From positions 33,850,793 to 33,914,792 of the forward strand of contig NC_057740.1 of the NCBI RefSeq assembly GCF_004010195.1: a stretch of DNA of 64,000 nucleotides, given 5' to 3'. The position numbers and the translations under genes are program-made. The stretch is from Chiloscyllium plagiosum. Its lineage: Eukaryota. Below are positions 24,903 through 37,765 of the stretch, piece after piece. Each line of letters starts with the position of its first letter. Position 1 is the stretch's first letter. The notes below the pieces were generated by a model. The model was not told the origin of the DNA, made no database searches, and worked only from the letters and a program-made list of their open reading frames with translations.

Positions 24903-25563
24903 TGTGACCATGCTGTGCCTTTATGAGATGTGTTTTGTCCTGGTTTCTTTAAAAGAGAAATCGGGGGTGGGGGGGGGGTGTTTGTGTGGGAGACCAGGTA
25001 CCGAGCAGTCTATGAGAAGATAAACAACTTGTGAACTTCTGATGCCTTATATGTTTTTTCAAAGTAGGAACATTGGAGGCAGCCTGAGTGGGTGTGGGTA
25101 GTCTCCCACACACAGATCCAGGGATTTTAATTTTTTTCAGCAGAAACTGCTGTTAGGATCTTGAAGAAGTGGAAGATATTTTTCCCTCTTTTGATTACAG
25201 CCAAAAGTTGGGATTTCTCTACCTAGGCTGCAGGATTGCATGCGAGACAAATCTGTTTCCTGAATTTGTCTTTTGCCAAGGGTATGTTTTTGGAATGTTA
25301 CTGCACTGGAACAGTTAATTAGTAATAGTTACTGTATGTATTATTCTGTTAAGTTTTCTAATAGAGTTAAGTTATCCCAAGTTCTTCTTTCTTTTATTGT
25401 ATTTTAACTATAATGTTGAATATGTTGTAGTTTGCTTAATGTTGAGTAGTTTGACCAATTGAATTACATTGGAAACATAGTGCCTGACATTTACATTTAA
25501 AATAAGAAAAAGTTAGGATCTAGGGGTATCTTGAGGGCGGGGGGTCTGATCTGGTCCATAACA
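24903..25563 (+). mobile_element. Probable solo LTR of a further family; related ends at 28758(-) and 63486(-)
   Basis: Starts TGTGACC..CCTTTA..GAG, ends CTGGTCCATAACA; reverse complement TGTTATGGACCAGACCA starts at 28758 and 63486; TSD not clear. Confidence 0.6.
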
Positions 25564-25762
25564 ATAGGGAATTTTAGGCAAATGAATGAGATATTTTTAC
25601 ATTTATTTAGTAGTTCGTCATTTAAATTAATGCAAATACAATAGAATAATTAGTAATATTTGTTTAAAGTCACAATCCAATCATGAAAATACAAACTATT
25701 TTTTTATTCCCCAAAATTTGGAAGATCCAGAAATTCAAATAAACCAATTTTAATTCTCAGTA

Positions 25763-25981
25763 CAGTCTGTTTTGCTATAACGTGGTAGTTCCGTTCTTGC
25801 GCAATCCTGTGTTATAATAAAATTGGGTAACAGCAGCACCATTTACACTAATGGGGCCGGAATCACATTATACCCAATGCATGCTTTAAAGGTTTGTGCT
25901 TTAGAGACAGTGTCCTTAATTCATTAATCATGTTGTAGTGAATTTGCATTAACGAAATGCACGTTATAGCAGAACTACCTG
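25763..25981. mobile_element. Tc1/mariner(Tigger)-type MITE
   Basis: TA flanks (25761-62, 25982-83); TIRs CAGTCTGTTTTGCTATAACGTG / CACGTTATAGCAGAACTACCTG (18 of 22 match). Confidence 0.8.
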
Positions 25982-26437
25982 TAATACAAATGGTTAATTT
26001 TATACATTCTATACCCATTAATTCATCAAATGTTTCTTTGAAAGTCCAGTTAAAGATGAAAGTCACCAACAGTTTTGTTAAATGCTTTGATTATACATTT
26101 TTATCTTTGTCTAGAGATATTATACAACTTTTTTTTAGTCATACCTACCTAAATAAATACAATGATGTAATTTATCAAGATTGTCGAAGGTCTTATCACA
26201 ATTTCTGGGGCTTGAGTAGGTCAACAATTATAAAGCACAAGATAATACTGAATCAATTGGACCTTTTTCTGATCGTGACCTCAGTATTTCTGTCTGCTTC
26301 TACCCCAACTTTACACTTTTGCTGCTGGAACTCTCACCGCCTCTTCTGACTAGCCTCCCAGCTCAAAACTCTTGGTCCTACCAAATACTGTTGACTCTCA
26401 TCAAATCCTCTGTGCTTGCTGATCTACATTGACTATG

Positions 26438-26730
26438 TTAAAAATCACATAAAACCAGGTTATAGTCCAATAGGTTTATTTGGAAGTAGTAGCTTTTGAA
26501 GCGCTGCTCTTTCATCAGGTAGCTAGTAGAGTAGGATCACAAAACACAGGATTTATAGCACAAGATCATAGTGTCATGCAACTGATACAATATATTGAAC
26601 AAACCTAGATTGCTGTTAAGTCTATCATCTTTTAGAATGGGTTGCAAGTTTTGATTCATTAATATGTAAATCCAGAACTTCTTTCAAGTCACATTCTCAA
26701 GATACCTTAAGGTTTTATAAAAAAACCCGG
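26438..26730 (-). mobile_element. Penelope-like terminal repeat, family C (decayed hammerhead)
   Basis: Minus strand ACCTGATGA-A-AGAGC-AGC-GCTTC-AAAA-GCTA (26488-26521) followed by AATAAACCTATTGGACTATAACCTGGT. Confidence 0.65.
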
Positions 26731-27184
26731 TGATTTCAACAGTTTGCAGCCAACTCAAACTCAATAAATATCAGCAGGTAAGCAGTGGTTTCCTGATCCC
26801 TCACTGGGTAAGGCCTGGATGGATGCAGCCATATACAGATAATGAAAACCCTTCATTATAACTGCCGTACGATATTTATACCACTTTGTAATTTCATGTG
26901 GAATTTGTTCCTCGAAATCCTTCCACTATTTGCTGATCTATACACCAAGCAATGTAATTGCACCCTTCTTATTCATTGTCTGTAACCCAATCAATTTTGT
27001 CCTTGAACCTTCTGAAATGAAAAGCAGACAGATGTGAAATGGAAATTGGATCTGGCCTATTGCCTGTTCACCATCAAACAGCTTCATAATATGGTGGTCT
27101 GTGCCATGTTGATCAGCTCTGCATTAAACCATCTGCTGTGGCTCAGGAGGCCCACTCTGACAAGGAGATTCTGTTACTGCAATT

Positions 27185-27911
27185 TGTTATGACATGGGAT
27201 AAACTCCTCTGCTAATTTAAACCAGCTACACAGAAAAGATTCACCTCGTGCTGTAAGCTGTTAAAATTCGAGAGGCAAAGACTTATCCCAGAGGTCACTA
27301 TTTCAAGTAAAAACTAACAACTTTATTCTTTAAGTCCAATGGAGAATATTAAAGCAACAACCATTTACAACTCCTTTCTCTTAAACCTATCCTTTACCTC
27401 CCACTCTACCATATAAAAAAATCTCAATTAAGATTTACAAAAAAAATCAACTTTCAAAACCAGTCAGCTGTCGAATCTTCTCTTTGTATCTTCCTCTGCA
27501 GATTTTCCTCTGTCGTCTTTTGGACGTTCTGCTGCACAACCTTCTTATAGCCAGGTACCTTTCAGAAAGCTGTTCTTCTGGCAGTCTGTACTTGTTGGTG
27601 GCTTGGTAGTTCTCCCTCAACTGTTCAAAAATGCCCAGTATTATACCCCAAATCATCAGATCATTGAATTAGTTTTAATATTATCAAAATACTAAATTCA
27701 AACTTGATTTGAGTTTTGTATCTTGGGGTATAATTTAAACTGATTGGCTGAATTTGAATTTGTTTTTGTCTCATGGTAACCCAGCTGCTGCTAGCTGTTT
27801 CAACCAAATGTTACATTGCTAACTTGTTCAGAATACTTTGCACTGTATCAGGCAGGCCTTGCTAGCATTTCAACACTCTGAAAGGTACAGGATCTCTACA
27901 TTTTCATTACA
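27185..27911 (-). mobile_element. Solo LTR of the Gmr1-like family
   Basis: TGTTA...TTACA termini, TSD AATT (27181-84, 27912-15); 27690-27900 is the reverse complement of the LTR at 4964-5230. Confidence 0.9.
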
Positions 27912-28399
27912 AATTGCTACAGAGGAAGACATTGGGCTGAGAAGCTTTACAATCCACTGACATCAGTTCTGTGTTTCTAAATCTCTGGAGAATTTGGAAA
28001 CAATTCTGACAGAGATTACTAATGTGACCCATTCTCAGACTGGGCACATACAAATTGAACTCTCTGGCTTGATAAAAGGATGGATAAAAGTTGACTTTTT
28101 AAAATGAGAGAAACACAAATTAGAAGTTTGTTTCAACTTTAAAGAAATAAGCATTAAAACGTAACACAAAACATCTCTTGTGTCCACATACATATGCTCC
28201 TGCACGTTTACTAATAGTGACTTATCTGACTGTCCCTTTGTTTTCTTTGTGCCCTCTTCTTGGTTAGCTGAGTTTTTCATTTCTGCTTGCCTTTTCCAAT
28301 GCCATTTCAAACAATCAGGTTTCAGAAACTGTGGCTGTCAGCGATTTTCTCCCAGTTGTCAGGGTCATTTTAGTCAATTCAATTCACTCCACATGATAT

Positions 28400-28755
28400 A
28401 TGAACATATGAATAAGGATCGGGGTAGTCATCTGACCCCTCAAGCCTGCTCCATCATTCAATAAAATCATGGCTAATTTAACTCACCTCAATTCCACATT
28501 TACACCAATCATAATAACATTTAAATCTATTATTTATCAGCAAGGTGTTTACCTTTGCCTTGTAAATATTCAAAGACTCTGCATCTATCACCATACGAAA
28601 AGAAAAGAGTTCAAAGACTCATATTCTCTGCGAGTCCTCAGTTCTCTCTTAAGTGGGTGATCCTTTATTTTGAAACTGTGACCGTTCTCTGAGATTCTGC
28701 CACAAGAGGAAATGTCCTTTCCATATCCAACCTTTCAATATTTTGTATGTTTCAG
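28400..28755 (-). mobile_element. Old CR1 3' end
   Basis: CCCCTCAAGCCTGCTCCATCATTCAATAAAATCATGGCT, AGAGTTCAAAGACTC, CACAAGAGGAAATGTCC. Confidence 0.7.
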
Positions 28756-28974
28756 TCTGTTATGGACCAGACCAAACCCCATTTAAATATATTATGAAGA
28801 TAGCCTAGATCCAAACTTTTTCTTATTTTAAAGACAGGTGCCAGGCATTGCATTCTGGATGACTCCATATTGCAGCATGGCTCTCATTGTAGACTGCTGT
28901 GTTTTTCTGAATGCATTCCTAACTGGAGCAATGAGTCATTGTTATGTGGTAACAATCACTCACTAGCTACCATT

Positions 28975-29872
28975 TTACTTGATTAGATTTGATTTGATTT
29001 ATTATTGTCACGTACTGAGGTAGAGTGAAACGTGTTGCTTTATGTGCTGCACAGGCAGATCGTACCATATGGAGTGCATTAGGTAGCAGAACATAGCGGA
29101 ATATAGTGTTACAAGCACAGAGAAGGTGCAGAGAAAGAGAGATCGACATTAACATCTGTTCAAAGGTCTGATAACAACAGGGAAGAAGCTGTTCTTGAAT
29201 CTGCCTTCAAACATGCCTTCAAACTTTTATATCTTTGGTTCAACAAAAGAGAATGAAAGAGAGTATAATCGGGGTGGGAGGGGTCTTTAATTATGTTGGT
29301 TGCTTTCTTGAGGCAGTGAGAAGACCTGATAGGATGCCTTCTATGGTGCATCTATATAAATTGGTAAGGATCTTTGTGGACATGCTGAATTTCCTTAGCC
29401 TCCTGTGGAGGTAGAGGCATTGTTGTGCTTTCTTGACATGGGTGAACCAGGACAGATTGTTAGTGATCATCACTCCTAGAAACTTGATACTCTCGACCAT
29501 CTCCACCTCAGCACCATTGATGCAGACAGGGGTGTGCCCTCCATTCTGCTTCCTGAAGTTAATGACCAGCTCCTTCATTTCGATGGAGAGACTGATGTTT
29601 TAACACCATGCCACTAAGCACTCAATCTCTTTCCTGTACTCTGTCTCATTGTCGTTTGAGGTACGACCTCCTATGGGGTGGCCTCAGCAAATGTGTAAAT
29701 GGAGTTGGGGCAGAATTTGGTCACCCAGTCATGAGTGTATAAGGAGTACCGTGGGGGGCTGAGTACATAGCCTTGCAGGACACTGGTGTTGAGGATAATG
29801 GTGGAGAGGGTGTAGCTGCCTATCCTTATTGATTGCGATCTAAGAGTCAGGAAGTCAAGGATCTGGGAACAG
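28975..29872 (-). mobile_element. Rex1/Babar-type (CR1/L2 group) LINE 3' part
   Basis: 'KELVINFRK..HTPVCINGAEVEMVESIKFLGV.ITNNLSW..KKAQQCLY..RRLRKF..YRCTIEGILSG'; 3' end GTGACAATAATAAATCAAATCAAATC. Confidence 0.85.
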
Positions 29873-30387
29873 TAATTTATCGTAAGGGGTCAAATACAGT
29901 TGGAATGTAGGAACTCTACAAAATGAAAGAATCTTGGCAGCTGCCCACATACCTGTGTGATGTTCTGCTTGAGCTTGCACACCAACTGCACATTGGGGAA
30001 GTGGAATCCTTGTCGCTTGATTCCATTGGTTACATTCAGAGGATGAGCACACATAGAAAAGTGCTTGCAGTCAATGGAATCTTACACTATGGGGGTGCCT
30101 GCAATCCATAGAAAACCTCATGCTGTCTCCACCTGCTACAATGATCTCGCTTATTAAAAAGCATGCTGTGAGGTGTTGTTTATAGTGGCAGCAATCTGAA
30201 ATGAGCCAGATGTATAAAATTTAAAAGTCACAGGCAATACTGTCTTATACGTCTATGTTCGTGCGCGCAGCAGTTGACAGATTTCATTGTTGCGTTCGTT
30301 TGCAAAGAACAGATGTGTCGTGAGTTTGGGTAGGAGAATTGCTCCCTTAAGACCTTCTGGGGTTATAATCAGCTGTTGGGTGTTATC

Positions 30388-30790
30388 GAATCATGGAGTC
30401 ATAGAGGTCCATAGCACCGAAAAAGACTCCCTGGCCCATTAAGTCTGCATAGGTCAAAAACAACCACCTAAATATTCTAATCGCATTTTCCAGCACTTGG
30501 CCCAGAGTATTGTATGCCTTAGACTTGCAACTGCACATCTAAACACCTCTTTAGATATTATGAGTATTTCAGGTTCTATTACACAGACAGTGAGTTGCAG
30601 ATTCCTGCTACCCTCTCAAAAAAACATTACCTCACATCCCCTCGAATCCTCCTACTCCTTCCCTTAATCTATGCCTCCCAATCCACAAAGGGGAAAAGTT
30701 CCTTCCTGTCTACCCTATCAATGCCCTTCTTTACTTTATAAATCTTAACCATGTATTCTCCCCCACAACAAGTCTTCTCTGCTCCTCCTT
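30388..30790 (-). mobile_element. CR1 3' end
   Basis: ATCATGGAGTCATAGAG tail repeat; TTCCTGTCTACCCTATC..TTTATAAATC. Confidence 0.75.
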
Positions 30791-31560
30791 CCTCTTCCAT
30801 CAGCTGGTCCAGCTATGTGGCCACTCTGCATCTCCTTAGCATGGTCAATATTACAAAACTGTACTGCAAACTCACTTTCTATGGAGTACTCAAACTTTAG
30901 ACAGGCTGTGGAAACTTCCAAAAAATGCATCCAATATAATAGGAACTAGAAGACAATGTCCAATAGCTAACCAATAAGTACTTCATAGTTCCATTAAATA
31001 GCACTGATTTGCAGGGATGAGGGTTCTCCACTCTGTTTAATTTGGGGTTCAGTTATGTAAAGTTAACACAGACCTTTAGCGGGAGCCTGGAATGTCAAAA
31101 TGACAGTGGCAGCTACTGATAATGTAACACACACACAATTGTGTCTTCTTCTCACTATTATGCATCCTGCTGATGGTCATTAGGCACGCAAAGATGTAAT
31201 CCCCTTTATGAAGGTGCTGTCCTACTTATTTCCTGTCGGAAGTGTGCACAAATTTCTTGGACCCTGTTATTTTTGAGTCTGTATGGCAGCCCACAAACTA
31301 AAAAGAGCTCCAAATGTATCCTTCACTGACTTCAACCTGAAAACTATGGATAATGTTGGCTTGGTAAAATGGCCAGTAGCAGCATATCTTTTAAATATAA
31401 ACATTGTGAAAGATGTAAAATGGATGCTGCCACTCATTTTGCATTATCATGCAGCATTAAAAAAGGACTCGTATTGTGATCATGTATCAAAGAAAAAACT
31501 AGTTTAAGAACATATTTGCTGCTGTTTGAACTCCTTCTTCCCAGAGTAGGTTGTTCCTAG

Positions 31561-31692
31561 AGGCAAAAGCGAGGACTGCAGATGCCGGAAACCAGAGTTT
31601 AGATCAGAGTGGTGCTGGAAAAGCACAACAGGTCAGGCAGCATCCGAAGAGCAGGTAAATTGACATTTCAGGCAAAAGCCCTTCATCAGGAA
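31561..31692 (-). mobile_element. Penelope-like terminal repeat, family A, with hammerhead core
   Basis: Minus strand TTCCTGATGA-A-GGGC-TTTT-GCCT-GAAA-TGTC. Confidence 0.8.
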
Positions 31693-32479
31693 CCCCTTAC
31701 ACAACCATTAGAAATGTCCTGGGTTTCCTCCCAAATACAGTTTAATGGTGCATTTCACTGACATAACACCGGCTGTGTTCAATCCATTTTGAAAAGAGGG
31801 GTCAAATTGCTTTGGAAAATAGTCCACTCCAAAAAAAACAGTGCACTAACTGCAGCTGAAATGGGAGAAGTTCTCATGCACTTGCATCCCATTTTGACCA
31901 GTAGCCAATAGCCAGCTGGCAAGGATTCAGCAGATCTCAGGCACCATGACAGTAAGTCAAGTGACAATTCACCTTCCTGGGGAAACTAACAACATTGCAG
32001 TGATGAAGCCAAAAAAAAACGCTAGGCCTTGGCATTGCTGGCTGCAAAAGATAGCTGTAGCAATCAAAAACAGTGAGTCAACTGCAAGAAATGTCTGGCA
32101 TGACCATGCCTAAATGTGTCATAACTGAGAGGAACTACAATCAAGAAACAAAAAGAAAATCATATTGCTCAATAACTTTACAGTCCACATGGAGGATACA
32201 AAGGGGTGAGTTCTGTATTTAACAGGCTGAGTTAGCAATTATTTAGCCCGGGACTTCAGTTCTTGACAGCATTGATCTCTAGAGAAAACATGATTAAAGA
32301 AAATCTGTTGATGGTGTTTATTGTGTCAATGGTAGAAGTAATATTGGGTCCAGGGAAGTTTTTCTATTATAATAGACCATCTTTTAAAACAAAGGCTATC
32401 AAAAGAAAACAGGAAATTAATGCAACGATTTTGAAATTGTAGAATTGGTAATTTGGCCTATAATGTCCGCGAAACACTG

Positions 32480-33235
32480 TCCAAATGACCATTTCACTTT
32501 GTGCCATCCTCTTGGCTACTCCCTGTGACCCAGCATGTTCTCCCTTTTCAAGTAAAAGTCTAACTCCATTCCGAATGGTTCAATTGAACCTGCCTCTGCC
32601 ATACTCTACGGCGGTGCATTCTAGACCATAATCAAAGACTTTCTCTGATATCTTTACTTCTTTTGACATTTACTTTAATTCTTCATCCTTGAATGAGTTT
32701 GAACAGTTTCTTCCTATCTATTCTGTTCAAACCCTCCATAATTTTTAATGTCTTTATCTGACATCTTCTCAGGCTTCTCCAAGGAAAGCAGTTCTAAATT
32801 CTCCAGTCTATCTGCATGCTAATGCCTGAATCCAGTCTTTTGGATCTCTTCTGCAATCTCTTCAATGCCTTTACAGTCTTCCCAAAGAACTGGACACAAG
32901 ACTCTACCTGAGATTGAACAATTAGCATAAACTCCTTGTCCCTAAACACATGTTAGTAAGACACAGGTACTATATGCTTTATTAACCAAACAGTCCTGCC
33001 ACCTTTCACAACATATACACACAGACACCCACATCCTTCTGTTCCTACACCCCTTTTACAGTTGTACCCCTTATGTTGTACATGTTCTTTCTCAAAGTGA
33101 AATTCCTCTGCCACCAATCTGCTCATTTTACCAACTTGTCAATGTACTTTGAAGTTCCACACTATCCTCCTCATATCATCTGTAAATTTAGAAGTTTTGT
33201 CCTGTATGCCAAGTTCTAGGACATTAATATATAGT
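32480..33235 (-). mobile_element. Old CR1 fragment
   Basis: AACAGTTTCTTCCTATCTA, AGAACTGGACACAAGACTC, TCATCTGTAAATTT (reverse complement of the FADD region). Confidence 0.65.
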
Positions 33236-33281
33236 AAGATAGTCATACAATTATACAGCAGATTGCTAGTGAAGCATAGGT

Positions 33282-33590
33282 GGGCAGCGTGGTGGCACAG
33301 TGGTTAGCAATGCTGCCTCACAGCACTAGAGATCTGAGTTCAATTTCTGCCTCAGGCGACTGACTGTGTGGAATTTGCACATTCTCCCCGTGTCTGCATG
33401 GGTTTCCTCCGGGTACTCCAGTTTCCTCCCACAGTCCAAAAATGTGCAGGTCAGGTGAATTGGCCATGCTAAATTGCCCGTAGTGTTAGGTGAAGGGGTA
33501 AATGTCGGAGAATGTGGGTGGGGGGTCAGTGTGGACTTGTTGGGCCGAAGGGCCTGTTTCCACGCTGTAAGTAATCTAATCTAAAAAAAA
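33282..33590 (+). mobile_element. HE1 V-SINE
   Basis: GGGCAGCGTGGTGGCACAGTGGTTAGC..GGTTTCCTCCGGGTACTCCAGTTTCCTCCCACAGTCCAAA..GGGCCTGTTTCCAC, TAATC tail. Confidence 0.9.
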
Positions 33591-34319
33591 CAGAAAATCT
33601 CACTTAATTCTCCCAACCTGCTTTCTCTAAGGCCTCGATTCAATTTCCCAACTTTTCTGTTTCTGCTACATTTACTCTGACCATCTTATTGTCCACACGA
33701 GTACTTTTAATAATATGAATGTGACTTTTAACTTAACTTCCCATTTCATCAACAAAAGCTTGACCCCACAGTGACCTCAAACGTATCCGGTCGGTTTCCC
33801 GAAAGTTATGACAAGAGACCATCGATCTGAAGTCTTAGCTCTGTTCCTGTGCCACAGAAATGCTGCTTGACTTTAGTATTTCCAGCATTTCCTACTTTTA
33901 TTTCATATTTTGACCGATACTATTTCCTTCTCATTAGGAAGGATTGTCCTGATTTAACTCATGTCGGGGGATTGGGACAATATTGTGCAACTACAGAGCT
34001 TTTATTTTAATTCTAGTGATTATCTTGAATAATTTTCTAAGATTTGTGTTGCATCTCCTCCTGTGTAATGTGAGGCAGCCATTATCCAGACTTCTCCTTA
34101 TAACTAATGCATGGGAGCAGCATAAGTCTGTCTATTAATTTGCTTACTTTCTTATTTTGGTCAAGTCACCATATTACAGCAGATCCACCGGTATTTTCGA
34201 AAGGTGTATGGATTGTAAGACCGAGGAAGTCAAACGCCCACTACAAAACAGATGTGTGTCTTGGTTTCATCTGGCTTGGATTCTATTAATATTGGTAGAG
34301 AGGTTGGATTACTAATGCC

Positions 34320-34810
34320 TGTCATAGAGCGTGAAAATCTTTGGTCCAACCAGTCAATGCCAACCATAATCAGTCAATAAACTAGTCCCACCTGCCTGCA
34401 CTTGGTCCATTTCCCTCCAAACATTTCTCATTCATGTACTTAACTAAATGTCTTTTAAACATTGCAACTGCACCCGCATCCATCACTCTCTCTGAAAGTT
34501 CATTCCACATGCAAACCACTCTCTGTGTAAAAAGATTTGTCTCAAGTCTTTTTTAAATCTTTCTCCTCTCACCTTAAATATATGTCCCGTAGTCTTAAAA
34601 TCCACACCCTGGGGAAAAGACACCTGCCATTATATATATATCCTTCATAATTTTATAAACCTCTATAAGGTAACCCCTTAACTTCCTACGCCTCAGTGAA
34701 AAAAGTCCCAGCCTATCCAATCTTTCCTTATAACTCAAATTCTCCATTCCCAGCAACATCCTGGTAAATATCGTCTGAGCCCTCTCCTTAAGAATATCCT
34801 TCATATAACA
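34320..34810 (-). mobile_element. CR1 3' fragment followed by CA/CT microsatellite (34811-34912)
   Basis: 'IFTRMLLGMENLSYKERLDRLGLFSLRRRKLRGYLIEVYKIM'. Confidence 0.85.
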
Positions 34811-35417
34811 GACACACATGCACTCTCTCTCTTTCTCACACGCATGTATATACACACACATACACACTCTTTCTCTCTCTCTCCCTCACGTGCACGCACA
34901 CACACATATATAGAAGTCTATGGGGTGAATTTGCGTGGGCAGTCCACACCAATAACTCAGTACAAAGATTTGGGAATTACAGAGCATGTTAATTGTTTAT
35001 TGGAGAAACCTGAAAATTCCCTTGGCAATGAATGATCATCCCCAGGGCTTGGGAAGGGACGACAATTAGTTCCACTTTTTCTGAGTATCTGAATGGTCTG
35101 CATACAGGAGCAGGGTGTTCATTAAGCTTTAGGATTCAGAGAAAATTCAGTGCGCTTTACAATATTACAATAGCTAAGGCCTTCAGAAATGAATTTTAAT
35201 CCAGTGGATATGAAATATTACAGAAGAGAAGGAAAGAAAGAGTGAAGTGGTTCAGGTAAGATTATAGTTAGTGATGGAAAACCACATGGCAATGGAACTG
35301 TTAGAGTGCATTTCTCCAAGGTTAATTGGCATTAATTATTGTTTAAACTATCTGTAAAGAAAATGATGGAGCATCATGTACTTTGTATTTACATATTGGA
35401 AAGTTACAAGGAGCAGG

Positions 35418-36457
35418 TTCCCAAGATGGTGATGGAATAGGATGCTTCAGCTGGAGCTGGACCACTCTGCTCATTCTTCTTGTTTTTCTTCTCTTTTACT
35501 CACTTCTTTGTTTTGTTTTATTCTTCTCTCCTGGCCTCCGGTCAGCTCCTGGCCTCAAGTGTGACTCCAGGACTCCGGTTCAAGTCTTGACCTCCAGTTT
35601 GACTCCAGGCCCTCCCAGCCTGGTATAGTGGCCTCCTAGCCTGGTATAGTGGTCTCCCAGCCTGGTATAGCGGTCTCCCAGCCTGGTATAGCGGCCTCCT
35701 AGCCTGGTATAGTGGCCTCCTAGCCTGGTATAGCGGCCTCCTAGCCTGGTATAGCGGCCTCCTAGCCTGGTATAGCGGCCTCCCAGCCTGGTATAGCGGC
35801 CTCCTAGCCTGGTATAGCGGCCTCCTAGCCTGGTATAGTGGCCTCCTAGCCTGGTATAGCGGTCTCCCAGCCTGGTATAGTGGTCTCCCAGCCTGGTATA
35901 GTGGTCTCCCAGCCTGGTATAGTGTTCTCCCAGCCTGGTATAGCGGTCTCCCAGCCTGGTATAGCGGTCTCCCAGCCTGGTATAGCGGTCTCCTAGCCTG
36001 GTATAGCGGTCTCCCAGCCTGGTATAGTGGTCTCCCAGCCTGGTATAGCAGCCTCCTAGCCTGGTATAGCGGTCTCCCAGCCTGGTATAGTGGTCTCCCA
36101 GCCTGGTTTAGTGGTCTCCCAGCCTGGTATAGCGGTCTCCCAGCCTGGTATAGCGGTCTCCCAGCCTGATATAGCGGCCTTCCAGCCTGGTATAGCAGCC
36201 TCCTAGCCTGGTATAGCGGCCTCCTAGCCTGGTATAGCAGCCTCCCAGCCTGGTATAGTGGCTTCCCAGCCTGGAAGACCACTCTTCTGAACATTTTATT
36301 TCTCTATTTTCAGAGATCTTGTAACTGAAGAAGATGTACCTGGGTACCTTTGTATCTAAGATGTGCTGTAAGTAGCAATGTATAAACTTTTTACTGTACT
36401 CATTTGAGTACATATGACAATAAAGTTATTCAATTCAGTTCAAATCAATTCAATTCA
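35418..36457 (+). mobile_element. Non-autonomous retroposon enclosing the minisatellite
   Basis: 5' CCCAAGATGG start; 3' TACTGTACTCATTTGAGTACATATGACAATAAA+(TTCAA)n tail resembles the Rex1-type tail at 28975-29030. Confidence 0.5.
35619..36269. repeat. 21-bp minisatellite, 31 units, consensus CCTGGTATAGYGGYCTCCYAG
   Basis: Units in exact 21-nt phase from 35619 to 36249 with no net indel; produces the (RPLYQAG/R)n ORF. Confidence 0.95.
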
Positions 36458-37107
36458 AGGCAAATAAGAGGCTGACTGAACACAGACAAGCCAGTACAGA
36501 AGAAGGGAATGAGGCTATTTGTTCTGAAGGTCAATTTGGCATTAGAGGGACATATATGCAAGAATGGGCCATTGAATAGATGAATATCACCAAAACTATG
36601 AGAGCAGGGAATGCCACCAGCAAATACAAACATTGTCTAAATATGCATGATGAGGGTCAAAAGGCAGAATCTATTGATTGTCAACATGAGCTAAATATGT
36701 GGAGGTCCAAAAAACACAGCATAAGATTTGAAACTGGCACAAGGAACTCATTTTGTAGGTGTGGAGATCTTGTAGTATTAGTCCAGAATGAGACAGAAGA
36801 CCAAGTAAAATCATGTTTTGACAAGGTTGCTAATATCATCGCGAAATTAACATTGATTGTGACATTTTAGTAGCTACTAAAAATGTGAAATCAAATAGTT
36901 AAGGACTGCCAAACAAAAAGTATTGGAAGCTGGGAAGAATTTGATGTATGAAGGACAGGCAGCCTTATTGTACAGATGGATGAGTACAGAAAAAGTGCTT
37001 CGTGAGAATACATACATGGGTAAAGCCAGACTAATAGTTCAGGTTTTGAAGCGAGACAAAGATTAAAATGCTGATACCCTGGGGAAAAGTGAACCGAAAG
37101 ATTTCCT

Positions 37108-37275
37108 NNNNNNNNNNNNNNNNNNNNNNNNNNNNNNNNNNNNNNNNNNNNNNNNNNNNNNNNNNNNNNNNNNNNNNNNNNNNNNNNNNNNNNNNNNNNN
37201 NNNNNNNNNNNNNNNNNNNNNNNNNNNNNNNNNNNNNNNNNNNNNNNNNNNNNNNNNNNNNNNNNNNNNNNNNNN
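37108..37275. other. Assembly gap (168 N)
   Basis: Run of N. Confidence 1.
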
Positions 37276-37765
37276 AGGAACTTCTGATGATAAGCTGAGA
37301 GAGGTAGGATGTTAATGAAAAATATAAATGTTCAATAATGGGTTGATAATTATTAAACTCAATGTCGAGTTTTGAAGGTGTAAGAGGCCCAGGCAGAAAA
37401 AGAGGGTTGTTCCCCCAACTTGCATTGAGCCTTGCTGGAGCACTGCAGTAAGAGAGAGAAACGGAGAGGCGAGAAAGGAACTTCTGATGATAAGCTGAGA
37501 GAGGTAGGATGTTAATGAAAAATATAAATGTTCAATAATGGGTTGATAATTATTAAACTCAATGTCGAGTTTTGAAGGTGTAAGAGGCCCAGGCAGAAAA
37601 AGAGGGTTGTTCCCCCAACTTGCATTGAGCCTTGCTGGAGCACTGCAGTAAACCAGAGAAAGAAATGTTGGGATGGAAACAGAGTAGCATAGTTCTCCTC
37701 TGGAAAAGTAACCCCAAGCTTCCAGTTGCCTTCAGTCCAAACACCATTGTGTTCCCATGCCAATA
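37276..37765 (-). mobile_element. Penelope-like GIY-YIG endonuclease C-terminal remnant (partly duplicated)
   Basis: 'SGLLQCSSKAQCKLGEQ' (ORF 37559-37747) then LNIEFNN-like CTCGACATTGAGTTTAATAAT. Confidence 0.6.

Noticed and set aside
24962-24990. G-run as a functional G-quadruplex
   Set aside because: Simple poly-G expansion within an LTR-like repeat; no further support
29291-29578. ORF resembling database 'hypothetical' vertebrate proteins
   Set aside because: It is the C-terminal region of a Rex1/Babar-type LINE ORF2, with frameshifts and a LINE tail
35542-36294. 250-aa ORF (RPLYQAG)n as a real gene, or the array as CRISPR
   Set aside because: By-product of a 21-nt tandem unit; no unique spacers, no cas genes, vertebrate context, no splice or promoter support
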